Notes under the pieces: model-generated
The model's database searches: none
What the model was told of the DNA's origin: nothing
Seen by the model: only the letters and a program-made list of their open reading frames with translations
Position numbers and translations under genes: made by a program
Part shown: in pieces, positions 18,418 to 27,056 of the stretch
Numbering within the stretch: the stretch's first letter is position 1
How the letters are laid out: each line of letters starts with the position of its first letter
NCBI GenBank assembly: GCA_050331815.1
Contig: JBHJGM010000002.1
Location: 153,627-217,626, forward strand
DNA: 64,000 bases
Origin: Opitutales bacterium
Lineage (GTDB): Bacteria > Verrucomicrobiota > Verrucomicrobiia > Opitutales > JBHJGM01
Direction: 5' to 3'

Positions 18418-20652
18418 ATGGCGCAGCAGGAACCAACGATGAAGGCCACAGGGCCGGGGCGCGGGCGCTGGGACGTGTTGCTGGGCAACAGCGACCTGCT
18501 CTTCACCTTTGCCCTCTTCGGCATCATCACGCTGCTGATTCTGCCGGTGGCGCCGGTCTTTCTCGATCTGCTGCTGGCCGCCAGCATCGGGCTTTCGCTG
18601 CTGGTGCTGCTGGTGGTGATTTACCTGCGCGACCCCACGGAGTTTTCCATCTTTCCGACCATGCTGCTGGCCGTGACGCTCTTTCGTCTCGGCCTCAACG
18701 TTGCTTCGACCCGCCTCATTCTGGTGGACGGTTACGCCGGTAGCATCATCCAGTCGTTCGGCGATTTTGTGGTGCAGGGCAACTACGTGGTGGGCGTGGT
18801 GGTGTTCAGCATCCTCGTGGTGATCAACTTTGTCGTCATCACCAAGGGTGCCGGGCGCATCGCCGAGGTTACAGCCCGCTTCACCCTCGACGCCATGCCC
18901 GGCAAGCAGATGGCTATCGATGCCGAGCTAAACGCCGGGCTCATCGACGAAGCCGCCGCCACCCAGCGTCGCAAGAAAATCCAGGACGAAGCCGATTTTT
19001 ATGGCGCGATGGACGGTGCCAGCTAGTTCGTACGCGGCGACGCGGTGGCTGGAATCCTCATCACGCTGATCAACATCGTGGGCGGCATCGCCATTGGTGC
19101 CTGGCAGCGCGGCCTGCCCATCATGGAGGCGATGCAGACCTACACGTTGCTGTCGATCGGCGACGGGCTGGTCTCCCAGATTCCGGCCCTTATCGTCAGC
19201 GTGGGCGCGGGTATGCTGGTGACCCGGACGGCCACGGGTTCGAACCTCGGGTCGGAAATCGCTCGGCAGTTTTCCATTTATCCGCGGGCCCTAGCTATCG
19301 GGGGCGCGATGCTTTTCATCTTCGCACTAGTGCCCGGTCTGCCGACCCTGCCTTTCGGCATGCTGGGGGTCGCGTGCGTGACCGCCGCCTGGTTCCTTGA
19401 GAAAAAAGGCGGTGCGGCTAAGGCCCGGGCAGCCAGCGGTATGCTTGAAAACGCGCCCGGCCAGCCCGCGTTACCCGGTGGGGCCAACGTCTCGCCGGAC
19501 GCGACACCCGAAAAGCCGCGCCCTGGCTCGATCGAGGAATTGCAGACGATGATCGGCACGGACCGCTTCGCCATCGAACTCGGTTACAACCTGCTCAGCC
19601 TGGCCAGCGAAGCCGATCAGGGCGACCTGCTGCAGCGCGTCACGGGCGTGCGCCAGAAGTTCGCCCGGGAGCTTGGGTTGATCGTTCCGCCCTTGGCCGT
19701 CCGCGACAACCTCGAGCTCGAAGGCAACGAGTACCGCTTCCTTTTGCGCGGCAAAGAGGTCGCCCGCGCCACGCTCGAGCCGAAGCGCTGGCTGGCGATG
19801 AACGTCTCGGGCAGCCCAGTTGAACTTAAGGGGACGCCCACGGTCGAGCCGGTCTTTGGCCTGGATGCGGTTTGGGTGGCCGACGAGGAGCGCAAGAATG
19901 CCGAGATTCATGGCTTCACCGTGGTCGATGCGGGCTCGGTCTTGATCACTCACCTTTCCGAGGTCCTGCGCGACAACGCTCATCAACTGATCGAGCGTCA
20001 GGATGTCCAGCAGTTGATTGATGCGGTCAAGGATAAGAATGCCACGCTCATCAGTGAGTTGCTGCCGGATCTCGTATCCGTAGGATTAATACAGCGGGTT
20101 CTACAGAACCTGCTGCGCGAGCAGGTGCCGATTCGCAACCTCACACTCATTTTGGAGACCATCGCCGACTACGCGCCCTTGACCAAGAGCGCCGACGAAC
20201 TCTCTGAACAAGCCCGTCGCCGTCTGGGCCCGTATTTCATTACCGCGCTACACGATGCCCAGGGTCAGTTGCCCGCGTTGACCCTTGAGCCCCGGTTGGA
20301 GCAGGCCCTGGTTTCCCGCGTTAAGCGCACGCAGTTCGAGGTCGGCCTGATGATGGACCCGGAATTGACGGGCTTTTTGCTGGAGCAACTCACGCTCTGC
20401 ACCAAGCAGCTTTCAGACGAAGGCCAGGAAGCCATCCTCATCACCACAAGCGAGGTACGCCTGGCTTTCCGGCGCTTCTTCGAGCCGAACTTTCCCCGCC
20501 TGTGTGTCCTGGCCTACCAGGAAGTGCCCGCGCAGACGGAGATTCGCAACCTGGGCGTTATCACCGCTCCGCTGCCGCGTGGCGGTGAAGTTACCCCGAT
20601 GCCTCAGGCACAGATGCCGCAGTCGCCCAACGCCGAAGCGATGACCGCCTAA
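18418..20652 (+). pseudogene. flhA: flagellar export gate protein FlhA, interrupted by one in-frame TAG at 19024-19026
   Basis: ORF 18418-19026 ends ...[12 protein letters not shown]. The same frame continues FVRGDAVAGILITLINIVGGIAIG... to 20652. Together they reconstruct a full-length FlhA (~744 codons) with the stop replacing the Lys of the conserved GASKFVRGD motif. Confidence 0.85.
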
Positions 20653-20681
20653 GTCCTTCGTAACCAACTTTTGAATACACG

Positions 20682-21902
20682 ATGACGACACTTAAGGACC
20701 AGCCCACCGAATCCCTTGTCGGACGCAAGTTCCGCTTTATCGTCAGTTCGGCGGAAGAGGCGGTCACGCTCATCCGGGAGAATCTCGGTCCGCAGGCACG
20801 CGTGCTCACCGTCAAGCAGGTCGATGGCAAGGGGCTCACCCGGTTTCTGGGCAGCCCGAAGTTGGAGGTCATCGCAACCATTCCCAAAGACGCTGACTCT
20901 ACCGAGCAGACGCCCAAACAGCATAAGCCAGGCGAAGCCGAGCCCGAGCGCAGCAGTGCACCGTACGTACGCCCGGCGGAGGATACCCGCGATTCAGGGG
21001 TTCAATACGCGCGACCGGCAGCCGTCCCGCAGTCCGTGGCCGATTCATTTTCTGCAAACGCGGCTGCAGCCGGCACAGGTGAGACGCCCGACAAAGAAGA
21101 AGCCCCGGCCTCCCCGTTGCTGCGCGAGCCCAAGCCAGCCCGTCGCCCGACGAACGCCCTGGCGGATCTGTTGCGTAAGGCCCAGTTCGATGAAGGCCTG
21201 CTCTCGCGTCTGGAAAACGCCCCGGAGTGGCCGAGGCTCTGTGGATTGCCACGGGAACAGGCTCTGGGAGAAGTGTTTCAATGGCTGGGACGTGAACTGC
21301 GCCAGGTTGAGGAGCGCCCGCTCGGTCCGCGCATCGCTTTTTTGGGTACGCCCGGGGTGGGCAAGACCACGGCTCTCTGCAAGCAACTGGCCCAGGAGGT
21401 TTTCTTCGACCAGACGCAGAACCTCAACGTGCTCAAGCTCGATCACGAGGAGCCTAACCCGGACGACGCCCTGCGTACCTACTGCGATGTGCTCGGCCTG
21501 CCCTTGCTGCGCGAAGGCGACAGCCGCGATTCCCTCACCGCCGAAAGCATCATTTTCTACGACTTGCCGGGTGTGACACTGCGCGACGCTATGGGCTGGG
21601 CCAGTGCGCGCCAGCGCCTGGATGATGAAGCTGTCGACACGCGTGTGCTGGTGTTAAACGCCGCCTACGATCTCCAGCTTTTGAAGGAAGGTGTCCAAGC
21701 CGGCCATGAGATCGGCGCGACGCACCTGGTCTTCACGCACCTGGATGAGATCGGACAGCCCAACCGCCTGTGGCCCTGCCTGCTGCGCTCGGGTTTGCCC
21801 ACGCTGTTCTTCAGCGAAGGCCCCGGCATCAGCGGCGAATGCTCGCGCGACGTGCAAGGCTTCATGATGGACCGCGCGCTTCCCGCCCTCATCGGTCGCT
21901 AA
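20682..21902 (+). CDS. flhF: flagellar biosynthesis SRP-type GTPase FlhF
   Basis: G1 FLGTPGVGKTT, G3 DLPG, G4-like THLDE. Basic/disordered N-terminal B-domain. Lies after flhA. Confidence 0.8.
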   Translation: MTTLKDQPTESLVGRKFRFIVSSAEEAVTLIRENLGPQARVLTVKQVDGKGLTRFLGSPKLEVIATIPKDADSTEQTPKQHKPGEAEPERSSAPYVRPAEDTRDSGVQYARPAAVPQSVADSFSANAAAAGTGETPDKEEAPASPLLREPKPARRPTNALADLLRKAQFDEGLLSRLENAPEWPRLCGLPREQALGEVFQWLGRELRQVEERPLGPRIAFLGTPGVGKTTALCKQLAQEVFFDQTQNLNVLKLDHEEPNPDDALRTYCDVLGLPLLREGDSRDSLTAESIIFYDLPGVTLRDAMGWASARQRLDDEAVDTRVLVLNAAYDLQLLKEGVQAGHEIGATHLVFTHLDEIGQPNRLWPCLLRSGLPTLFFSEGPGISGECSRDVQGFMMDRALPALIGR

Positions 21903-21920
21903 CGCTTTGATTACTGTATC

Positions 21921-22385
21921 GTGAAAATCGTCGTCAAAGAAGGTAAGTTCATGTTGGCCCTGGGTGGTTTCGCCGGGTTCATGGCCTGTTTCTTTGGCAC
22001 GATGTTGGGTTCGGGCGACCCGTTCATCGCGTTGCGCAACGGCTCCATTGGCTGCCTGCTGGGCTTTTTTATGTGCAAGGGCGCGATGCTGGTTGTGCTC
22101 AACAACATGCAGTCGGTGCTGGAGCGGAAGTACCGCGAGCGTGTGCGCGAGGCGCGCGCTCTAGCAGAAAAAGCGGCTGCTGAGGAAGCCGCCGCTTCGG
22201 AAAAGGCCGCCGCCGAAGCCCTGGGCCAGGTAAATGAACGCCTGCGCCGGACCCGCGAGCATGCCAACGCCGCCGCTGCCGAAGCTGCCCAGAAAGCTTC
22301 CGAAAAGGAAACAGCCACGGCTGGTGCACCTGCGCCTGAATCCGCAGCTGCATCGCCTTCCGAGCCCGTCGGGGCGGAGGCGTAA
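21921..22385 (+). CDS. hypothetical small membrane protein with an Ala/Glu-rich coiled-coil tail (start GTG 21921 or ATG 21951)
   Basis: Two predicted TM helices (LALGGFAGFMACFFGTMLG; IGCLLGFFMCKGAMLVVL), then REARALAEKAAAEEAAASEKAAAEAL.... High GC3, co-directional, occupies the flhG slot between flhF and fliA. Confidence 0.45.
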   Translation: MKIVVKEGKFMLALGGFAGFMACFFGTMLGSGDPFIALRNGSIGCLLGFFMCKGAMLVVLNNMQSVLERKYRERVREARALAEKAAAEEAAASEKAAAEALGQVNERLRRTREHANAAAAEAAQKASEKETATAGAPAPESAAASPSEPVGAEA

Positions 22386-22432
22386 TCAAAACTTTTGCTA
22401 CTGGTTTCTGATACTCCCAACGAAAGCATACA

Positions 22433-23248
22433 ATGGCTACGACAACTGAAAAAAAGGTTTCCCCCGCAGTGAAAGCGACTGAGACGGGCCGAAGTCAGCA
22501 GGCCACCAAGGCCTATGGAAAACAGACCAAGGAAAAGCGCGAACCGCGCTGGGACCTCGTGGAAAGCTACCTTCCCCTGGTCAAGTCCATCGTGTCGCGC
22601 ATGCGCATCTACTTTCCGTCGCACATCGACCCCGAGGATATTTACTCGGTCGGCGTGAGTGGTTTGATCACCGCCTCGCGCAAATTCGATCCGAAAAAGG
22701 GCCACTCCTTTGGCAATTATGCCTCGCTGCGGGTGCGCGGTGCCCTTCTCGATGAACTGCGCCGCATCGACTGGATGCCCCGCATCGACCGCATCAACGC
22801 TAAGAAGTACCGTAAGGCTGTTGAGGAGCTGGAGCAGCGCATCAACCGCGAGGCCACCGACGAGGAGATCTGCAAGGAACTGGGCCTAACCAAGGAGCAG
22901 CACGAACGCCTGCGCGAGCAACGCCGCTCCATCTACATGGTGCCGCTCGACAGCGCGCCCACCTCGGACGACCCGGAGGCCCCTTCGTTGCACGACGCCA
23001 TTTCGGACGCCACCCAGATGAACGGCCGTGACGTGGCCGAGGACAACGAGACGCTGGAACTGTTGCGCGAGCGCTTGAAGGAACTTCCCGACACGCCCCG
23101 TCGCGTGCTCACGATGTACTACCTGCAGGGCATGCGTCTGGCCGAAATCGCGGCGGTCTTCAACCTGACCGAGTCGCGCATCTGCCAGATTCACTCGCAG
23201 GCGATTGTCGGGCTGCGGGCTTATCTCAAGCGCATGATTAATAAGTAG
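22433..23248 (+). CDS. fliA: flagellar RNA polymerase sigma factor FliA (sigma-28/SigD family)
   Basis: Region 2 (YLPLVKSIVSRM...DIYSVGVSGLITASRKFDPKKGHSFGNYASLRVRGALLDELRRIDW) and region 4 (LTMYYLQGMRLAEIAAVFNLTESRICQIHSQAI). Confidence 0.9.
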   Translation: MATTTEKKVSPAVKATETGRSQQATKAYGKQTKEKREPRWDLVESYLPLVKSIVSRMRIYFPSHIDPEDIYSVGVSGLITASRKFDPKKGHSFGNYASLRVRGALLDELRRIDWMPRIDRINAKKYRKAVEELEQRINREATDEEICKELGLTKEQHERLREQRRSIYMVPLDSAPTSDDPEAPSLHDAISDATQMNGRDVAEDNETLELLRERLKELPDTPRRVLTMYYLQGMRLAEIAAVFNLTESRICQIHSQAIVGLRAYLKRMINK

Positions 23249-23301
23249 GCTCGCGCGGGCGACTTACACGGTAGGGCCTGTCTGCTACGGCCCGCTTTGC
23301 C

Positions 23302-24165
23302 ATGCTCCTGATAGTCGGATTTCTCGTCGTCATCTTGTCGACGCTCGGTGGTTTCATGATCGCCGGGGGTAATCCCATTGTGCTCCTTCACTTGTCCGAG
23401 TTCGTGGTGATTGGTGGGATCGCCATCGGCGTGCTCATGATCGCCAGCCCGCCCTCGGTCGTCAAAGCGCTCATGGGCGACATCAAGGGCAGCATCTCCG
23501 GCCACGGCGCGGGTAAGGAGGACTTCATGGATCTTTTGAAAATGCTCTACGAGATCTTCATGATCGGTCGACGCAACGGTCTTATCGCGCTGGATGAGCA
23601 CGTCTCCGACCCGAAAAACAGCAGCATTTTTCAGCGCTACCCGAGCGTCAGCCACGAGCCCGAGCGCATCCAGTTTCTCTGCAACGCGCTGCGCCCGATC
23701 ATCGACGGCAAGATCAAGCCCGACCAGCTCGAGGACATCCTTGACAGCGAAATCGACGCCAAGGAAGAGCAGGCACACGGACCGGTCGGCGTGCTCAACC
23801 TGGTGGGCGACTCGCTGCCGGGTATCGGCATCGTCGCGGCGGTGCTGGGTATCATTAACACGATGGGCGCCATCGCCGAAGGTCCGGAAATGGTCGGCTA
23901 CAAGGTGGCGGCTGCGCTCACGGGCACGTTTCTCGGGGTCTTCGGTGCGTACGGCTTCATCAATCCGCTCTGTAAACGCATCAGTTTCAATCACCGCTCC
24001 CATTTTCAATATTTCGGCGTCATGTCCAAGTCCGTGTCCGGCTTTGCCAAGGGGCTCGCGCCACTCATGGCCATTGAGATCGCCCGCCGCACGCTCGACT
24101 CCGAAATGCAGCCCGAGGCCGATGAGCTTGAGCAGATCCTCAAATCCCTCGGAGGGGCCAAGTAG
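23302..24165 (+). CDS. motA: flagellar stator protein MotA
   Basis: 287 aa, MotA/TolQ/ExbB channel motifs (LPGIGIVAAVLGIINTMGAI, ALTGTFLGVFGAYGF). Confidence 0.9.
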   Translation: MLLIVGFLVVILSTLGGFMIAGGNPIVLLHLSEFVVIGGIAIGVLMIASPPSVVKALMGDIKGSISGHGAGKEDFMDLLKMLYEIFMIGRRNGLIALDEHVSDPKNSSIFQRYPSVSHEPERIQFLCNALRPIIDGKIKPDQLEDILDSEIDAKEEQAHGPVGVLNLVGDSLPGIGIVAAVLGIINTMGAIAEGPEMVGYKVAAALTGTFLGVFGAYGFINPLCKRISFNHRSHFQYFGVMSKSVSGFAKGLAPLMAIEIARRTLDSEMQPEADELEQILKSLGGAK

Positions 24166-24179
24166 GCCGCGTTCGCTAA

Positions 24180-24932
24180 ATGGCCCGCAAAAAAAAGAAG
24201 CACGGTGAGCACCACGGCGGTGCCTGGAAAGTGGCCTACGCGGACTTCGTGACTGCGATGATGGCGCTGTTTATGGTTTTGTGGATCTGTTCGCAGGACG
24301 AGGAGATCGTGAAGGCGACCTCTCGCTACTTTCAGAATCCATTTGACGCGCCCGATCAGCAGGGGCCCAGCCTCTTCGACTTTCAGGCCGGCTCGCCCGC
24401 TCAGTCCAGTCTGGAGAACAGCCCGCCCAATGGCCAAAGCCGCGTCAACATGGAGATGCTTCAGGAGATTTCGGACGAGTTTTACAAGCTGATGAACATC
24501 AATCAGGAGGAAGCGCAGAAGCCGGTGGAGATCGAGGTCACCCAGGAAGGTTTGCGCATTACTCTGTACGACCGGCCTGGCAAGCCGCTGTTCAAGCGCC
24601 ACACCTCCGAATTCACAACCTGGGGCAACTACGCCGTGCAAAACCTTTCCTGGCTGATGGATCGCTACGAGCTTCGCGTGCGCATCGATGCCTACACCCC
24701 GGCTGGCTACCCGACGATTTCCGAGAACTACGGGGTCTGGGAATTGACCGCTGACCGCGCGAACGCTACCCGTCGTCTGCTTGAGCACTTTGCCCTCGAT
24801 CCTGCGAAAGTATCCCAGATCAGCGGCTACGGCGATCGTCACGGGCTTCCGGGCATTGAACCGGAGGACCCCTCTAATCAGCGCATCGAATTGAGCCTCG
24901 AAGTTCAGGAAGCCGACAAAGTCTCTTTCTAG
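24180..24932 (+). CDS. motB: flagellar stator protein MotB (OmpA-like C-terminus)
   Basis: WKVAYADFVTAMMALFMVLW plug/TM segment with the conserved Asp. C-terminal OmpA-like peptidoglycan-binding region (NQRIELSL). Confidence 0.9.
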   Translation: MARKKKKHGEHHGGAWKVAYADFVTAMMALFMVLWICSQDEEIVKATSRYFQNPFDAPDQQGPSLFDFQAGSPAQSSLENSPPNGQSRVNMEMLQEISDEFYKLMNINQEEAQKPVEIEVTQEGLRITLYDRPGKPLFKRHTSEFTTWGNYAVQNLSWLMDRYELRVRIDAYTPAGYPTISENYGVWELTADRANATRRLLEHFALDPAKVSQISGYGDRHGLPGIEPEDPSNQRIELSLEVQEADKVSF

Positions 24933-24960
24933 GCCATCGTCAGATTTTTCCCTCTACATC

Positions 24961-25245
24961 ATGGAAGACCTCGCCAGCAACTGCCCCAAGCTGTCCGCCC
25001 CTGATGCGCGTGGTGGCGACCCATCGGGCTTCGCCAGTCTGGCCGATCACTACGCCAGGCCCCGTCAGAAAGCTTCGCCGGCTACGGTGGACGAGCCGCA
25101 GTGCATTTATGCGGACGCTGATGACCCGGAAGCGCCGACGGTGGAAGTGATCAGCGAGGATAACATAGTTCGACACATCATTGTGACCTACGCTGGCGGT
25201 ACGAATCAGATCGAGCTGGACTGCCAGTACGACGGCTCCGTCTGA
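24961..25245 (+). CDS. hypothetical 94-aa protein downstream of motB
   Basis: ORF only. Acidic/disordered N-terminal half and a beta-looking C-terminal half (VEVISEDNIVRHIIVTYAGGTNQIELDCQY). No family recognised. Confidence 0.35.
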   Translation: MEDLASNCPKLSAPDARGGDPSGFASLADHYARPRQKASPATVDEPQCIYADADDPEAPTVEVISEDNIVRHIIVTYAGGTNQIELDCQYDGSV

Positions 25246-25431
25246 ATGGGCGACCGGTGCAGGCTTGCCGGTCTCAGGCCTTTACGCGCCGCTCGTCGGG
25301 TCTTTACCCGATGCGCCAGTTGCTTCGATTTTTACGTCCTTTACGTTCGGGTTGTCACGGGGCGGGCAACTCCTTCCGGCGCCGGCTCGGTTAAGATTTT
25401 ATTTCGTTGTCAATCAATGACTTAATATCTC

Positions 25432-25447
25432 TGGCACCCTCGCTGCT
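25432..25447 (+). promoter_or_regulatory. candidate sigma-54 promoter immediately upstream of flgF
   Basis: TGGCAC-cctcg-CTGCT with correct GG/GC spacing. The -12 element is only ~12 nt from the flgF ATG, so the transcript would be nearly leaderless, which lowers confidence. Confidence 0.4.
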
Positions 25448-25458
25448 CAACAGGTTGC

Positions 25459-26205
25459 ATGAACATCGGCCTGTATCAGGGAGCCGCCTCGCTCGACAGT
25501 CTGGAGCAATGGCAGAATGCCACCGCGCACAACCTCGCGTTTGCCACGGCGGCGGGTTTCAAAAAGGCGGGCATGGCGTTCAACGCCGTGGAGATGGGGG
25601 CGATGCCTTCAGTTACCGGGCGGCAATTTGAGCAGGTTGTCGGCGGTCTGACACCATCAGGACACACCGAGATCATCCACAGCCAGGGCGCGATGGTTTA
25701 CTCCGAGCAGCCCACCCACGCCGCGCTGCAGGGCCCGGGTTTCTTCGAGGTTGAGGACATCAACGGTGACACCATCTACACCCGCGACGGCCAATTTTTG
25801 CTCAACAACGAGGGCCGCCTGGTCACCAAGAGCGGTTTGGAGGTGAAAGGTCAGGGCGGTTCCATCCAGACGGTCCCAGGTCAGGGCACGGTGCATTACG
25901 ATGCGCGTGGCAACGTCTTCCAGGGCACCACTCAGATCGGTTCGCTGGCGATTTCAAAGGTGGACGCGCTCGACCAGCTCGTCCCGCGCGGGACCGGCTT
26001 CGCGCTACCGGCGGGCTCGGATGCGATTGTAGAGCCACTGCTCGAGGCGCAAGTGGTCCCGGGTGCCTACGAGGCCAGCAACGTTTCCCCGGTCGAGGAG
26101 ATGGTGAAGATGATCCAGATATCGCGCGCCTACGAGGCGAGCCAGGAAGTCATTCAAACCTACGATGAGCGCTACGAGCAATCCGCTACGGCCTTCCGCG
26201 TGTAG
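25459..26205 (+). CDS. flgF: flagellar proximal rod protein FlgF
   Basis: MNIGLYQGAASLDSLEQWQNATAHNLAFATAAGFKK N-terminus, C-terminal SNVSPVEEMVKMIQISRAYEA. Precedes flgG. Confidence 0.85.
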   Translation: MNIGLYQGAASLDSLEQWQNATAHNLAFATAAGFKKAGMAFNAVEMGAMPSVTGRQFEQVVGGLTPSGHTEIIHSQGAMVYSEQPTHAALQGPGFFEVEDINGDTIYTRDGQFLLNNEGRLVTKSGLEVKGQGGSIQTVPGQGTVHYDARGNVFQGTTQIGSLAISKVDALDQLVPRGTGFALPAGSDAIVEPLLEAQVVPGAYEASNVSPVEEMVKMIQISRAYEASQEVIQTYDERYEQSATAFRV

Positions 26206-26258
26206 CCATTTTTTCGATACGCACCTCGAAACCTTCCCAATCCCTCAAAGCAGCTTTT

Positions 26259-27038
26259 ATGAACCTTTCCCTTTATTCCTCGGCCACGGGCATGGAAGCC
26301 CAGCAGCTCAACCTCAACGCCATCTCCAACAACATCTCCAACGTCAACACGACGGGCTTCAAGAAGAGCAAGCTGGAGTTTCAGGACCTGCTCTATCAGC
26401 AGCTGCGCCAGCCCGGCACCGAAGTGGGCAACGGCAACGTGCGGCCCTCCGGAGTGGCGCTGGGCAATGGGGTGGAAGTCGTTTCCACGACCAAGGTTTT
26501 CAGCCAGGGTCAGCTCACCCAGACCACCAAGGAGACCGACGTGGCCATTGAGGGCGTGGGTTTCTTTGAGGTGGAACTGCCGGACGGCTCGCGCGCTTAC
26601 ACCCGCGACGGTGCCTGGAAGGTGGACTCCAACGGGCGCATCGTAAACAACGATGGCTACCCGATTTCTGGCCTGCAAAACCTGCCCTCGGATTACCTCG
26701 ACTTCGCTATTGCACCTGGCGGCGAGGTGACGGTGCGCAGCCCCGGTGGCCAGTCGAGCTTCACGGTTGGCATGGTTCGCTTCGCCAATCCGACCGGTCT
26801 GCGTTCTCTCGGCGGAAACCTCTACCAGGAAACACCTGCCAGCGGCACGCCCGAGTCCGGCAGCCCCGGCGAGAACGGCTTCGGTCAACTGCGCCAGGGC
26901 TTTTTGGAGATGTCCAATGTGAACGTCGTTCAGGAAATGGTGGACATGATCGTCGCCCAGCGTGCGTACGAGATCAACTCCAAGGCCATTCAGACCAGCG
27001 ACGACATGCTCTCCCGGGTCGTCCAGCTCAAGCGCTGA
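26259..27038 (+). CDS. flgG: flagellar distal rod protein FlgG
   Basis: LYSSATGMEAQQLNLNAISNNISNVNTTGFKK and EMSNVNVVQEMVDMIVAQRAYEINSKAIQTSDDML. 259 aa. Confidence 0.95.
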   Translation: MNLSLYSSATGMEAQQLNLNAISNNISNVNTTGFKKSKLEFQDLLYQQLRQPGTEVGNGNVRPSGVALGNGVEVVSTTKVFSQGQLTQTTKETDVAIEGVGFFEVELPDGSRAYTRDGAWKVDSNGRIVNNDGYPISGLQNLPSDYLDFAIAPGGEVTVRSPGGQSSFTVGMVRFANPTGLRSLGGNLYQETPASGTPESGSPGENGFGQLRQGFLEMSNVNVVQEMVDMIVAQRAYEINSKAIQTSDDMLSRVVQLKR

Positions 27039-27056
27039 ATCTTTTCGCTCCTTTTC

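Noticed and set aside
21911-22705. 264-aa minus-strand ORF spanning the small membrane ORF and the 5' end of fliA
   Set aside because: It overlaps the well-supported fliA N-terminus. The product is Ala/Ser/Arg low complexity. The plus-strand ORF has credible TM helices and operon polarity.
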